DNA from: an uncultured delta proteobacterium
Lineage (GTDB): Bacteria; Myxococcota; Myxococcia; Myxococcales; Myxococcaceae
Direction of reading: 5' to 3'
Assembly: GCA_963771175.1 (NCBI GenBank)
Contig: CAVYSY010000033.1
Coordinates: 256,001-320,000 of the forward strand
DNA: 64,000 nt
How positions within the stretch are numbered: the stretch's first letter is position 1; each line of letters starts with the position of its first letter. The position numbers and the translations under genes are program-made. This document shows positions 8,903-19,653 of this stretch, piece after piece. The notes beneath the pieces are model-generated. The model was not told the origin of the DNA. It did not search any database and was given only the letters and a program-made list of their open reading frames with translations.

Positions 8903-11029
8903 TTACCGGATGGAGATACGCGCCACCGGCTGGATGTTGAGGTCCGGGGACAGCTCCTGGAAGCTGACGACGGAGAACGGCGGGTTGAACTCGTACTCCA
9001 GCAGCTTGCGCACGTAGCGCCGGATGTCCATGGCGGTGAGGATGACGGGCCGCTGGGCGCTGGGCGGCAGGTGGCCGCACTCGGACTTCACCGCCTGGAC
9101 GATCTCCTGGGCGATGTCCGGCTCCAGGGCCAGGTGGGTGCCCGCCGAGGTGCGCTTGATGGAGCCGCGGATGGCCTCCTCGATCTGCGGATCCAGCAGG
9201 TAGACGACCAGGGTGCCGGTGCCGCGCGCGTACTTGTGGGACACGTAGCGCCGCAGGCTGGAGCGCACGTGCTCGGTGAGCATCACGTTGTCCGCCTCGA
9301 CCTGACCGAACTCGGCCAGCGCCTGGAGGATGCCGCGCAGGTCACGGATGGACATCTCCTCCTCGACCAGGCGCCCCAGGATGTCCGTGAGCTTGAGCAC
9401 GGAGACGACCTTGGGGACGACCTCCTTGACGATGGCGGGGAAGGCCTTCTCGAGCTGGTCGAGCATCGTCTGCGTCTCCTGGACGCCGACGAACTCGCGC
9501 GCCTGGCGGCGCAGCACGGCCGCCAGGTGGAGGATCATGTAGCCGGACACGTCCCAGGTGGTGAGACCGGCCGCCTCGAGCATCTCCTTGTGCTGCTCGG
9601 GCACCCACGCCGCCGGCTGGCGGGTGGCGGGGTTGACCGCCTCGAAGCCCTGGATGTTCATCAGCCGCAGGCGATCCACCGTGTCGTTGACGAGCACGTG
9701 GCCGATCGTGGCCTGACCCGTCACCACGGGGACTTCGTTGATCTGGATCTGGTAGGCGCCGGGAGGCAGGTTCGTGTTGCCGCGCGCACGCACGCCGGGG
9801 AAGCGCACGCCCAGCTCCACGAAGAGGCCGTCGCGCATGAAGGGGATGAGCTCGAAGAGGAACTTGCCGTTGTCCTGGCGCGAGTCCACGAAGGGCACCA
9901 GGGCGTCGGACACCTCGAGCACGATGGGCGTGACGACGGGGATGAAGAGCTCGGAGTCCGGGTTGATGGGCTCCTTGGCCTGAGGCTCGGTGGCCGACGG
10001 AGTCTCGCCCTCGGGCGTCTCGCCCGCGGTGAGGCCCGCGTCCTCGCCCGCGGCACCCACCTTCTCCTTCTGCATCATCTTCCAGGCGCCGTAGCCAGCC
10101 CCGGCGCCGAGGAGGAAGAACGGAATCTTGGGCAGACCGGGGATGAGGCCCAGCACGATGAGCATGCCCGCGGAGATGGCGATGGCCTTCGGGTAGGCGG
10201 TGAGCTGCGTGCCCACGTCCTTGCCGAGGTGGTTGCCCTCCTCGTCGCCGCCCACGCGCGTCACGATGATACCGGCGCAGGTGGAGATGAGGATGGCGGG
10301 GATCATTCCCACCAGACCGTCACCGATGGTGAGCAGCATGTACTTCTGCGCCGCGCTGCCCACGTCCATGCCCTTCTGCATCACGCCGATGATGAGGCCG
10401 CCGACGATGTTGATGACGGTGATGATGATGCCGGCGATGGCGTCGCCCTTGACGAACTTCATCGCACCGTCCATGGCGCCGAAGAGCTGGCTCTCGCGCT
10501 CCAGGTCGCGGCGCTTGCGCTTGCCCTCCTCCTGGTCGATGGCGCCGGCGCGCATGTCCGCGTCGATGGACATCTGCTTGCCGGGCATGGCGTCCAGGGT
10601 GAAGCGCGCGGCCACTTCGGCCACGCGCTCGGAGCCCTTGGAGATGACGATGAAGTTGACGATGACGAGGATGATGAAGATGACGAGACCGACGACGAAG
10701 TTGCCCTGAACCACGAAGTTGCCGAAGGCGACGACCACCTCGCCCGGGTCACCCGTCAGCAGGATGAGGCGCGTCGTGGAGATGGTGAGCGCCAGCCGGT
10801 ACATCGTGGTGATGAGCAGCAGCGTCGGGAACACCGACAATCGCAGCGCCGTCGGGACGTAGAGGGAGATGAGCAGCAGCACCACCGAGATGCTGATGTT
10901 CAACGTGAGGAGCACGTCCAGCAGCATCGTCGGCAGCGGGACGATCATCATTCCGATGATCGCCACCACCACGCAGGCGAGGACGATGTCGGAGTACTTG
11001 GACAGGAAGCTATCGCTCTGGGCTGGCAT
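8903..11029 (-). CDS. sctV: T3SS export gate SctV (LcrD/FlhA family)
   Basis: KGSERVAEVAARFTLDAMPGKQMSIDAD, GAMDGAMKFVKGDA, LLTIGDGLV; 708 aa. Confidence 0.97.
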   Translation of the reverse strand: MPAQSDSFLSKYSDIVLACVVVAIIGMMIVPLPTMLLDVLLTLNISISVVLLLISLYVPTALRLSVFPTLLLITTMYRLALTISTTRLILLTGDPGEVVVAFGNFVVQGNFVVGLVIFIILVIVNFIVISKGSERVAEVAARFTLDAMPGKQMSIDADMRAGAIDQEEGKRKRRDLERESQLFGAMDGAMKFVKGDAIAGIIITVINIVGGLIIGVMQKGMDVGSAAQKYMLLTIGDGLVGMIPAILISTCAGIIVTRVGGDEEGNHLGKDVGTQLTAYPKAIAISAGMLIVLGLIPGLPKIPFFLLGAGAGYGAWKMMQKEKVGAAGEDAGLTAGETPEGETPSATEPQAKEPINPDSELFIPVVTPIVLEVSDALVPFVDSRQDNGKFLFELIPFMRDGLFVELGVRFPGVRARGNTNLPPGAYQIQINEVPVVTGQATIGHVLVNDTVDRLRLMNIQGFEAVNPATRQPAAWVPEQHKEMLEAAGLTTWDVSGYMILHLAAVLRRQAREFVGVQETQTMLDQLEKAFPAIVKEVVPKVVSVLKLTDILGRLVEEEMSIRDLRGILQALAEFGQVEADNVMLTEHVRSSLRRYVSHKYARGTGTLVVYLLDPQIEEAIRGSIKRTSAGTHLALEPDIAQEIVQAVKSECGHLPPSAQRPVILTAMDIRRYVRKLLEYEFNPPFSVVSFQELSPDLNIQPVARISIR

Positions 11030-11108
11030 CGGCGGGGCTCATCCTAATCCGGAGGAGCCCGGATTCCCAAGGCCCGGGACAGCGTCCCGTGAAAGGACTC
11101 CGCCGGGT

Positions 11109-11560
11109 CTACCTGAAGAGGCTGGACATGGCCTCCTTGGCCCGCCGCTGGACCTGACTGATCATCTGATCCAGCCAGTTCTTGTTGAACATCTCCCCGG
11201 ACTGGGCCCCACTCGAGGCCTTCTTGAGCTCCTCGGCGAGCTGCTCGGGGGTGGCGTTGGGGTTGTTCTTGACGAACTCTCCCATCCGCTTGACCACTTC
11301 GGCCTTCATGCGATCACCGGCCTCGGGGAGAAGCCAGCCTCGACGAGATTCTTGGCCCAGGCGTCGACCTGCTGGAGCTCCTCGTCCATGAGAGGCTTCT
11401 CCGCGGTGCGCGTGGGCTCGGAGCCCTCGAACTCGCTCACCTGGGAGTGACCCGTGGCCTTCTGCGCCGTAGCCGTGGGGGCAGCGGCCGTGGTGCGCTG
11501 GGTGGACTCAGACCTGGTCGAAGGGGGGACGCGGGGACCGCCGATTCCGGAAACGCTCAT
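11109..11560 (-). CDS. Putative T3SS-secreted protein (two ORFs, probably one gene with a frameshift near 11326)
   Basis: One extra C in TCCCCG joins ORFs 11306..11560 and 11109..11309 as ...GFSPEAGDRMKAE...; could instead be two coupled genes (ATGA overlap). Confidence 0.55.
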
Positions 11561-11580
11561 GAAAGACTCCTTTCCCGGGA

Positions 11581-11610
11581 ATTATCGCGCGATCACCACC
11601 CGAGTTGCGT
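11581..11610 (-). promoter_or_regulatory. Putative sigma28-like promoter
   Basis: ACGCAACT-N15-CGATAAT, 20 bp upstream of the ATG at 11560. Confidence 0.7.
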
Positions 11611-11623
11611 GCTCGGACCCGAG

Positions 11624-11663
11624 AAAAGACAAGTCCCGGCCCCCAGGAACGGGGAACCGGGAC
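11624..11663 (-). terminator. Rho-independent terminator after chaperone gene
   Basis: GTCCCGGTTCCCC-loop-GGGGGCCGGGAC followed by TTGTCTTTT. Confidence 0.65.
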
Positions 11664-11699
11664 AAGGGTGGCGTACCGCGGCGCTCTCGCGCCCCGCCG

Positions 11700-12254
11700 T
11701 TACTTCTTGTTGGCCGTCTGGCCGGCCTGGGCCGCCTCGATGGTCTCGAGCGCCGCCGCCGCGAGCAGCCGGGCGCGCATGGACAGGGGATCCTTGCCCT
11801 GCGGGTCCATCTCCACGGCCTTCTTGAAGTCCTGCGCGGCCTCGAGAACCTTGCCCTGACGCAGGTAGACCTCACCGCGGTTCACGTAGGGAGCCAGGTC
11901 CTTGGGCTGCAGATTGATGGCGCGGTCGAAGTAGGCCTCGGCCTGGGCCAGGTCCTCCTCGGCCAGGTAGATGGCGCCGAGCGCGGTCAGGTAGTAGGGC
12001 TCGTTCGGGTCCAGCGTCACGAGACCGTCGAAGATGACCCGAGCCTCCTTGTACTTGCCGTTCTCGAACATCTGGAAGCCGTAGGTGGCCATCTCCAGCA
12101 TCTCGGGCGCGGTGACGTTCGTCAGCTCGGCCAGCGTCATGTGACCCTGGAGGTACTTCGTCACGCGCTCCTGCGAATACAGCACCTCGGCATACGCGGT
12201 GCTGCTCGCCTTGTCCTTCTTATCGTTGACCGCGGGCTTCGACTCGTTGGCCAT
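11700..12254 (-). CDS. SycD/LcrH-family TPR chaperone
   Basis: TLAELTNVT..EMLEMATYGFQMFENGKYKEARVIFDGLVTLDP; three TPRs. Confidence 0.85.
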   Translation of the reverse strand: MANESKPAVNDKKDKASSTAYAEVLYSQERVTKYLQGHMTLAELTNVTAPEMLEMATYGFQMFENGKYKEARVIFDGLVTLDPNEPYYLTALGAIYLAEEDLAQAEAYFDRAINLQPKDLAPYVNRGEVYLRQGKVLEAAQDFKKAVEMDPQGKDPLSMRARLLAAAALETIEAAQAGQTANKK

Positions 12255-12380
12255 GTGTGCAGGTCCTTCTTGAGCTGGAACTGGCAGTGAGGAGATGGAC
12301 TGATATTTTTATCGTGGTTGGCCCAAACCTGTCCATGGGGGGTGGGAACTCCCCGCAGTCCGAGACCTCCCGCAATAGCA

Positions 12381-12412
12381 AGGGCGGGGCCCCGTATAGG
12401 AGCACCCGCCCC
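12381..12412 (-). terminator. Hairpin downstream of needle-like gene
   Basis: GGGGCGGGTGCTCC...GGGGCCCCGCCCT imperfect inverted repeat. Confidence 0.45.
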
Positions 12413-12435
12413 ATTGACACCGCTCGGCGAACGAC

Positions 12436-13005
12436 CTAGCGGATGTTGCCGATGATGGACTTCTGCGTCTCACCGCGCATCTTGATGACGTTGCTGATCA
12501 TCTGGACCATCTCGGAGTAGTTCTGCAGCTCGTACTGGGCCTTGAGGCGGGCGGCGTCCTTCGGATCCAGGCCCTCGAGCGACTTCTGCTGGGTGGCCGA
12601 CAGGCCCTTGCCCGTCTGCGCCATGGAGATGGCGTTGTCCCAGATGCCGCCGCCGCTGGCCGCGGTGGTCACCGCGTTGTTGATGGCGCCCGTCTCGACA
12701 CCCGAGCGAGCCGGGATGCTCGGGGCCGGAGCCGCACCACCGGTCGCACCGCCCACGGGAGCGGGGGTGGAGGGCAGGCTGGTGCTCACGCCACCCTGGG
12801 TGGCGGACGGGGCGGGCAGACCGAGGGCCTTGGCGACCTGGTCCAGCAGGCTCTTCTTGGCCGCCTCGAAGCCGGACTTGAAGAAGTCGCCGATGACGTT
12901 CTTCAGCGCGTCCTTGACGCCGTTGAGAACCGTGCCGCCGATGCCGCCGCTGCCGAGGATCTTGCCGAGGTCAATCTTGGGAAGCTGAAAGCCGCCGATC
13001 TTCAT
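12436..13005 (-). CDS. Secreted needle/filament-like subunit (SctF-like C-terminus)
   Basis: C-terminus LKAQYELQNYSEMVQMISNVIKMRGETQKSIIGNIR resembles PrgI/MxiH ends (...IIQNFR); long low-complexity N-terminus. Confidence 0.6.
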   Translation of the reverse strand: MKIGGFQLPKIDLGKILGSGGIGGTVLNGVKDALKNVIGDFFKSGFEAAKKSLLDQVAKALGLPAPSATQGGVSTSLPSTPAPVGGATGGAAPAPSIPARSGVETGAINNAVTTAASGGGIWDNAISMAQTGKGLSATQQKSLEGLDPKDAARLKAQYELQNYSEMVQMISNVIKMRGETQKSIIGNIR

Positions 13006-13058
13006 TTGGGTCTCTCCAGTCGAGGGGGCGGCGTCAGTGCCGCCCTGCTTACAAACAG

Positions 13059-13086
13059 ATTATCGCGGGAGCGCTCCGGGAGTTTC
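13059..13086 (-). promoter_or_regulatory. Putative sigma28-like promoter
   Basis: GAAACT-N15-CGATAAT upstream of the ATG at 13005. Confidence 0.7.
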
Positions 13087-13109
13087 CTCCCCGATTTTCC
13101 CGCCTTTTC

Positions 13110-13589
13110 TCAGCGCCGGCCCAGCGACTCCAACATCGCGGAAGCCTTGGCGAAAACCGTCTCGTCGTCCTTGGCGAGCTGGGCGGCGCGGCGCAGATCC
13201 TCCACCGCCTGGGCCTTCTGGCCCATGGACAGCTTCACCTCGGCGCGACCCACGTAGGCGGCGGCGTCGCTGGCGGCCAGCTTGAGGGCCACGTCGTAGG
13301 CGGCCAGCGCGCCCTGCGGGTTGCCGGCGGCCATCTCCACCACGCCGAGCGCCTTGGCGAAGTAGGCGTCCGCGGGGTTGACGGCGTAGAGGCCCTGGAA
13401 GAGCGTGCGCGCCTCGTTCACCCGGCCCTGGTAGAAGAAGTAGTAGGCCGTCTTGGCGATGGCGTACAGCTCCTCGTCCGTGTAGCCGCGGACGTCGCGC
13501 AGCGTCGCCTTGCCGTCCGCCCACCGCTGCATGAGCGTGTCGAGCTTCGCCTCGTCCTGCTGGGGGTTGTTCGAGTCCGGTGCGGCCAT
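13110..13589 (-). CDS. SycD/LcrH-family TPR chaperone
   Basis: TLRDVRGYTDEELYAIAKTAYYFFYQGRVNEARTLFQGL; TPRs. Confidence 0.88.
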   Translation of the reverse strand: MAAPDSNNPQQDEAKLDTLMQRWADGKATLRDVRGYTDEELYAIAKTAYYFFYQGRVNEARTLFQGLYAVNPADAYFAKALGVVEMAAGNPQGALAAYDVALKLAASDAAAYVGRAEVKLSMGQKAQAVEDLRRAAQLAKDDETVFAKASAMLESLGRR

Positions 13590-13593
13590 GGTG

Positions 13594-14071
13594 CTAGTAC
13601 CCCTCGTCCTGCTGCTCCTCGCGCATACGGCGCTGGATTTCCTGAATCTCCGCGTGGACCTGGCCCACCAGCGCCAGCATCTGCGCCTCGCGCTGCAGCA
13701 GGCCCTTCAGGCGCTCCATGCGCTCGGGCGGCGCGTTGATGCGCCCCAGGCTGCGCTCGAGCTGCTGGCGCTGCTCGCCATCCGCGCGCCCGGCCACGCT
13801 GCCCAGGTACGGCCGGTCCGAGAAGCCCTCGAGGTCCGCGTCATTGCCCCTTGGGCTGCGGAGGCGAGGGCAGGCGGACCTCCTCGGAGGAGTGCGCCGG
13901 GCCGATGAAGTCCAGCAGCGCCGCCGAGGCGAGCGCCGGGTTCTTCGGGTTGCCAACCTTGCGCTTCTTGCGATCGAGCTGGGAGGGATCGACCAGCTTC
14001 TCTCGGACCGCGCGGGGTCCCCCCCAGGGCCAGAGGGGTGCTCTCGGGGGCTGATTGTTGATTTTGGCCAT
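13594..14071 (-). CDS. T3SS-associated hypothetical protein, frameshift near 13848
   Basis: Removing one G from AAGGGGCAAT joins MAKINNQ...PQPK to GNDADLEGF...coiled-coil C-terminus. Confidence 0.6.
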
Positions 14072-14121
14072 GGTCTGGACCGAACCTCACTCGATTTGGG
14101 GGCCTGGAGTCTACCCTACCC

Positions 14122-14400
14122 TCAGCGTTTGCCGCCTGCCTGCTCCTGCTGGAGGGCGAAGACGAAGTTGAGGACCTCGGCCACCGCGTCGTAGAGCTCC
14201 TCGGGGACCTCCTGGCCCACGTCGATGCGGTAGAGCGCGTTGGCCAGCGGCACGTTCCTCATGATGGGGATGTTGTACTGCTTGGCGATCTCCCGGATCT
14301 TCTCCGCCTTGAGGCGCATCCCCTTGGCCACCACGCGCGGGGCGGCGTCCTTGTCCTTGTCGTACTTGAGCGCGATCGCCATCTCGACATCGTCACTCAT
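14122..14400 (-). CDS. Stand-alone FlhB/SctU C-terminal domain protein
   Basis: AIALKYDKDKDAAPRVVAKG...VPEELYDAVAEVLNFV; 92 aa, no TM part. Confidence 0.9.
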   Translation of the reverse strand: MSDDVEMAIALKYDKDKDAAPRVVAKGMRLKAEKIREIAKQYNIPIMRNVPLANALYRIDVGQEVPEELYDAVAEVLNFVFALQQEQAGGKR

Positions 14401-14436
14401 GGGAACCTCGCGTCGGGGCGGTGGACAGGCGCGGCA

Positions 14437-15502
14437 TCAGGCGCGCGCCACGGGGGTGGGATTCTTCAGGCCGTAGACGAAGTTGAGCACCTCGGCGACG
14501 GCGTCGTAGAGCTCCTCGGGGATCTCCTGGCCCACCTCCACGCGCAGCAGCGCGTGCGCCAGGGGCACGTTGCGCAGCGTGGGCACGTCCGCGTCGCGCG
14601 CGAGCGCCTTGATGCGCTCGGCCTTGAAGTCCAGGCCCTTGGCCAGCACCCGCGGCGCCTCGTCCTTGTCCTTGTCGTACTTGAGCGCCACGGCCACGTG
14701 GTCGGGGTTGGTGACGATCACGTCGGCGTCCTTCACGGCCTCCATCTGCGCGCCCTCCAGGATCTCCTGGTGCATCTCCTTGCGCTTGGCCTTGTGGTGC
14801 GGGTCGCCTTCGCTCTCCTTGTATTCCTTCTTCACCTCGTCCTTCGTCATCATCATGTCCTTCATGTAGGACTTGCGCTGCCACCAGACGTCGAAGATGG
14901 CGAAGAGGAAGAAGACCATGCCCACGCGCACGGAGACGCGGTAGACCAGCTCGCCCATGATGGCCATCATGGTCGCGGTGTCTCGGCGCACCGTCTCCAC
15001 CACCAGGGGCATGGAGTCGCGCACCACTCCGAAGATGACGTAGGCGGCGATGGAGATCTTGATCAGGTTCTTGAGCAGCTCGACGAGCTGCTTCTTGCCG
15101 ACGAGGTTCTTCAGGCCCTCGAGCGGGTTGAGCTTCTCGAGCTTGGGCATCAGCGGATCCATCGTGAACAGCGAGCCCACCTGGAGGAAGTCCAGGAGAC
15201 CGCCGACGATGGCCACGGCCGCCACCACCGGGAGGGTGAGCATCACCACCGAGCTCAGCCCCATCAGCATGAGCTCGTAGGTGGCCTTCTCCAGATCCTC
15301 CGGGTGGGCGATGTGCGCGAAGCTGAAGTGGAAGAGCTCGGTGACCTGCTCCTCCAGATCGGGCCAGGTGGCCTTGACCACGCCCAGGCCGACGATGAAC
15401 CCGAACACGCCGGTCAGGTCCTTGCTCTTCCAGACCTGACCCTTCTTGCGTGAGTCGTCGAGCTTCTTTTGTGAGGGTTCTTCTGTCTTTCTCGTCGGAC
15501 AT
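14437..15502 (-). CDS. sctU: T3SS switch protein SctU (FlhB family), frameshift near 15489
   Basis: MSDE(K)TEEPSQKKLDDSRKKGQ, MTKDEVKKEYKESEGDP, NPDH cleavage-site variant. Confidence 0.93.
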
Positions 15503-15518
15503 GGCGAGGAACCCCGGT

Positions 15519-16338
15519 TCAGCCGAGCAGGCGCACGGCGTCGCGCAACATGGCCAGCATGGCGGCGAACTCCGTCTGCAGCCGTCCCATGATGAGGCCG
15601 ATGGACATGAAGACGATGAGCACGCCCACCAGCGGCTTGATCGCCATGGAGATGAAGAAGACCTGGACCTGCGGGCGCCACGCGGTTGATGACGCCCAGC
15701 GCCAGGTCGGTCAGGAAGGCGGCCAGCGTGGCCGGCGCGGCGAGCGCGAGGGAGATCTTCAGCAGGTCCGCGAAGATGCGGATCATCAGGTCGAAGAAGG
15801 CCCAGGAGCCATGGCTGAAGCGCGGGAAGCCGTCCAGCGGGACGACCTCGAAGCTGTCGGCGAGCGCCTCGATGACCAGGTGGTGGCCGTTGAGCGTGAG
15901 GAAGAGCACCACCGCGAGCTGGACCTTGAGGCTGGAGAAGAGCGACACCTGCTGGCCGATCTGCGGCACGAAGAGCTGGGCCTTGTTGCTGCCCGACATG
16001 GTGTCCACGAGGGTGCCGGCCACGCGCGCCGCCTCGAAGACCACGTTCACGATGGTCGCCAGCGTCACCCCGATGAAGATCTCCTTGAGCATCAGCACGA
16101 TGTAGGGCAGCGCGCTGGTGGGGATGGCCCCCATGCGCGCGCTCACCGCCGGGAAGAGCACGATGGACAGCGTGACCCCCACGCCCATCTTCACCTCCGT
16201 GGGCACCACCTCGCCGCCGAGGAATGGCGAGAGCACCAGCACCGGCATGATCCGGCACATGAGCAGGCCCACGGTGAAGATGACGAGCGAGAGGTTGGCC
16301 TGCTCCGTCAGTCTGGTGAGGACATCGGAGACGTTCAT
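15519..16338 (-). CDS. sctT: T3SS export apparatus SctT (FliR family), frameshift near 15675
   Basis: CRIMPVLVLSPFLGG, KEIFIG, DLALGVINRVAP(Q)VQVFFISMAIK. Confidence 0.9.
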
Positions 16339-16602
16339 CTGGCGATGAGAGCCGGGAACTGGTCGAAGACGTGGAAGGTGAAGCGCACAAGCTGATTGCC
16401 AATCCACGGACCGGTGAGCGCCAGCACCCCGAAGACGACGATGACCTTGGGAGCGAACGAGAGCGTCTGCTCCTGGATCTGCGTGGTGGCCTGGAAGACG
16501 GAGATGAGGAAGCCCACCAGGAGGCTCATCAGCACCGGCGGCGCCGAGGCGACGAGCACGAGGTAGAGCGCCTGCTGGAGTGATGAAGTTCAGCTGGTGC
16601 AT
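16335..16602 (-). CDS. sctS: T3SS export apparatus SctS (FliQ family), frameshift near 16580
   Basis: VGFLISVFQATTQIQEQTLSFAPK. Confidence 0.93.
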
Positions 16603-16610
16603 GTGCGCTC

Positions 16611-17431
16611 TCACAGGTAGCCGACGACCAGACCCTTGGCGATGAGGTACCAGCCGTCGACGAGGACGAAGAGCAGGAGCTTGAAGGGCATGGAGATGGT
16701 GGTCGGCGAGAGCATGTGCATGCCCAGCGCCAGCAGGATGTTGGCCACCACCATGTCGATGACGATGAAGGGCACGAAGAGCAGGAAGCCGATCTGGAAG
16801 GCCTCCTTGAGCTCGGAACCACGAAGGCCGGGACGATGATCATGAAGTCCCGGTCGGTGATGTCGCTGCGGTCCTCCTCGGCCCGCATCTTCTTGGCCAG
16901 GTTGAAGAAGAGCGCGCGGTCCTTGTTGGTGATCTTCTTGATCAGGAAGTCGCGCAGCGGCTCCTTGGACTTGTTGGCCGCCTCCAGCAGGGTGCCCACC
17001 GACTCCGAGGACAACAAGGCGGGGCCCTTGGCCAGGATGTCCACCTCCGAGGCCCGGTACATGGCCTGCCCCACCGGCGCCATGATGTAGACGGTGAGGA
17101 TGATGGCCAGGCCGGTGATCACCTGCGTGGGCGGAATCTGCTGGGTGCCCAGCGCCGAGCGCACGATGGAGAGCACCACGGAGATCTTCACGAAGCTCGT
17201 CACCATCATCAACACGAAGGGGACGAGCGACAGCGCGGCCAGCGCCAGCATCAGCACCAGCGGACGCGAGGCGAAGGAGTCGGGCGTCACCGACTCGGCG
17301 GCGACGGCCTCGGTGCCGGTGCCGCCGCCACGCTTGGCGGCGAGGGCGATGAAAGGATTCAACGCGATCGCCACGGCGAACAACCAGGGCGCGATGCGGA
17401 GGGTGGGGAGGCGAACGGTTGGCAATCTCAC
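16611..17431 (-). CDS. sctR: T3SS export apparatus SctR (FliP family), frameshift near 16818
   Basis: [37 protein letters not shown]...[16 protein letters not shown]. Confidence 0.93.
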
Positions 17432-17442
17432 GGGTCGTCTCT

Positions 17443-18138
17443 TCAGGCGCTCGGCGGCTGGGTGCCGCTCGGCTGGGTAGCGCCCGATGGGGTGGCATCG
17501 CGCCGGGCGAGGAGCTTCTGGAGGAAAGGAGAAAGAGGAATCACGTTGGCGGGAGGGCGCTCGGAACGAATGCGCTCCACCGCCTCGGTATCGAGCTTCG
17601 ACAGCAGTTGCAGGCCACTCTCGCCACCGCCCACCAGCAGGTACTCACCCGCGGCCTTCAACACGAAAAGCGTGCGGCGCTGGTCCAGCGGCACCCGCTC
17701 CACCACCGATACCACCGAGGCCCGCCCCACCGGCACGCCCTGCAGCCCCATCAGTCTGCGCAGGCCCACGTTGAGCGTCAGGTAGATGCAGGCCACCACC
17801 GCGCCGAACAGCATCAGCGTACGCAGCAGCATCCAACTCAGGCTCTCGGGCTCCTCCTCCATGCCGGGCGGCAGGGAGGACCCCAGGGGCTCGTCCACGG
17901 AGGGCTGCGACGCCGTCGTGACCGGAGCGGGCGCGGCGGCCTTGTCCGCGGTGGCGTCCTTCGCAACGGGGGCCGGGGACTGTGGAGAGGGGGCCGCTTC
18001 AACGGCGGGAGACCGCACGACGGCGGACGCTGGCTGCGCGGGCGTTGCGGGAGCCTGGGCCCACGCCAACGGCGCGAGCAGCACGCACGCGCACGCCAGC
18101 ACGACCGGACGCAGGGATGAGACAAGAGACACTGCCAT
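17443..18138 (-). CDS. fliO: FliO-like protein
   Basis: TM helix then [35 protein letters not shown]; lies between the fliN/sctQ and fliP/sctR homologues. Confidence 0.75.
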   Translation of the reverse strand: MAVSLVSSLRPVVLACACVLLAPLAWAQAPATPAQPASAVVRSPAVEAAPSPQSPAPVAKDATADKAAAPAPVTTASQPSVDEPLGSSLPPGMEEEPESLSWMLLRTLMLFGAVVACIYLTLNVGLRRLMGLQGVPVGRASVVSVVERVPLDQRRTLFVLKAAGEYLLVGGGESGLQLLSKLDTEAVERIRSERPPANVIPLSPFLQKLLARRDATPSGATQPSGTQPPSA

Positions 18139-18294
18139 GGTGGGGCGCGAGGCTAGTGCATCGGGAAGGAGACCGCCACGGGCCTCCCCTCCCCTGCTCC
18201 GATCCTCCGCTCGCCTGCCTGGGTCAGCCCACCGCGGCACGCTCTGCTCTCCTCGTTCCAATGCCACGGCGGCTCCCACGGACGGGCGATGGGC

Positions 18295-19653
18295 CTAGCC
18301 CGCGAGAGAGATGATGCGAACGCCCAGGTGACCCTCGACTTCCACCAGCTCGCCCCGGGCCACCACCTTGCCATTCACCGAGAGGTCCACCGGCTCGCCC
18401 GGCGTCCGGTTCAGCTCGATGACCTGCCCCACGCGCATGGACACCACCTTATCCGCCGTCACCGGCACCCGGGCCAGCTCCACGGAGATCTGCAGCGGGA
18501 TGTCACCCAGCAGGTCGCCTGCATCCATTCTGTCGTCCACGGATCCACTCTCCGCCAAAGGGTTGCGCATCTCGGGGTTGGTGAACTCCTCCTGCTCCCC
18601 CGCTTCGCTCAGGGCCTCCGCCGCGGCCTCGTCCGACTCGGAGGGCACACGCCGCTGGAAGGACTGCTCCCCGAGCACCACCTCGGTGATTCGCGCCTGA
18701 TACTGACCGTTCTCGAGAAACACCTCCGAGTTCAGGCAGCCCACGCGTCCCAGCCCCAGGCGCAGCCGCGCGGTGCCCTCCTCGCCCCGGTCCGGCCGGG
18801 CCGAGAGAACGTCCACCAGCACCACGTCCTTCACCCGGAGGCTCGACAGGTCCTGGCTGGAGATCTCCGCGTAGCCGATCTCCGCCCGCAGCCAGGTGCG
18901 AGCCGAGGACAGGCGAGACAAGTGGGCCTGCGCGTCCGAGCGCAGCAGCGCCCGCCGATGCTCGGCCACCTGCGCCGGCTCCATCACCTCCAGCACGCCC
19001 GAGGGCACGAAGAGGCGCACCGTGCCCTCCTGGGAGCCGAGCTGGGCCCGGAACTGGACCACCAGCACCGGCCCATCCTCGCCCAGCCGCGCCGCCGCCT
19101 CATCCGCCCCGTGCGCCACTCCCTCCATGCGTAGCTTGGGCTGCCCCGGCTCCATCCCCGGCGCCAGCGCCTTGAGCGCCTCGAGGAGGACAAAGCCCAC
19201 CACACCTTCCTCGATGTCCGTCATGGGCCGCAGGCCGACCGTCTCCCCCGCGCCGCCCAGCAGCATGTCCACCACCGCGTGCGCCAGGGCCAGGTCCACC
19301 TCCAGCACCGCGCGCCCGCGATGCGGGCCGGGCACCAGGAAGGAGAGGAAGGAGGGCGCCGCCAGGTGCCGGCGCAGCTCGTTCGTTCCGAGGACCTGCA
19401 ACGCCTCCAACGTGAAGACGGGCTGCGCGTCGAAGATGGCCTTGAGCCGGGCGCACAGCGCCTCGATGGCCTCGGCCTTCGGCGTCAACCACTTCAGCCG
19501 ACCGGTGAGCCGGGACTCGGTGAGGGACACCTTCTCCAGCTTGTTGGCGAAGGAGAAGGGGCGCCACGGCTTCACCGAGCGCTTGAGCTGCCGGGTATCG
19601 ACCACCATGGTGCGCTCTTGTTCGCCGGGGCCATCGTCCATGTCGAGACTCAC
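18295..19653 (-). CDS. sctQ: Cytoplasmic ring protein SctQ (FliM/FliN-like)
   Basis: SPOA domain DIPLQISVELAR...VNGKVVARGELVEVEGHLGVRI; FliM-like middle (RPMTDIEEG). Confidence 0.9.
   Translation of the reverse strand: MSLDMDDGPGEQERTMVVDTRQLKRSVKPWRPFSFANKLEKVSLTESRLTGRLKWLTPKAEAIEALCARLKAIFDAQPVFTLEALQVLGTNELRRHLAAPSFLSFLVPGPHRGRAVLEVDLALAHAVVDMLLGGAGETVGLRPMTDIEEGVVGFVLLEALKALAPGMEPGQPKLRMEGVAHGADEAAARLGEDGPVLVVQFRAQLGSQEGTVRLFVPSGVLEVMEPAQVAEHRRALLRSDAQAHLSRLSSARTWLRAEIGYAEISSQDLSSLRVKDVVLVDVLSARPDRGEEGTARLRLGLGRVGCLNSEVFLENGQYQARITEVVLGEQSFQRRVPSESDEAAAEALSEAGEQEEFTNPEMRNPLAESGSVDDRMDAGDLLGDIPLQISVELARVPVTADKVVSMRVGQVIELNRTPGEPVDLSVNGKVVARGELVEVEGHLGVRIISLAG

Noticed and set aside
14437..16614. 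Apparent SctS-SctT-SctU fusion ORF (725 aa)
   Set aside because: Produced by compensating frameshifts; each gene has its own start and stop once corrected.
13594..17431. Frameshifts in sctR, sctS, sctT, sctU suggesting a decaying T3SS
   Set aside because: Single-base indels, often in homopolymers, with no in-frame nonsense changes, and equally present in unrelated genes; most likely long-read errors. Raw reads would decide.
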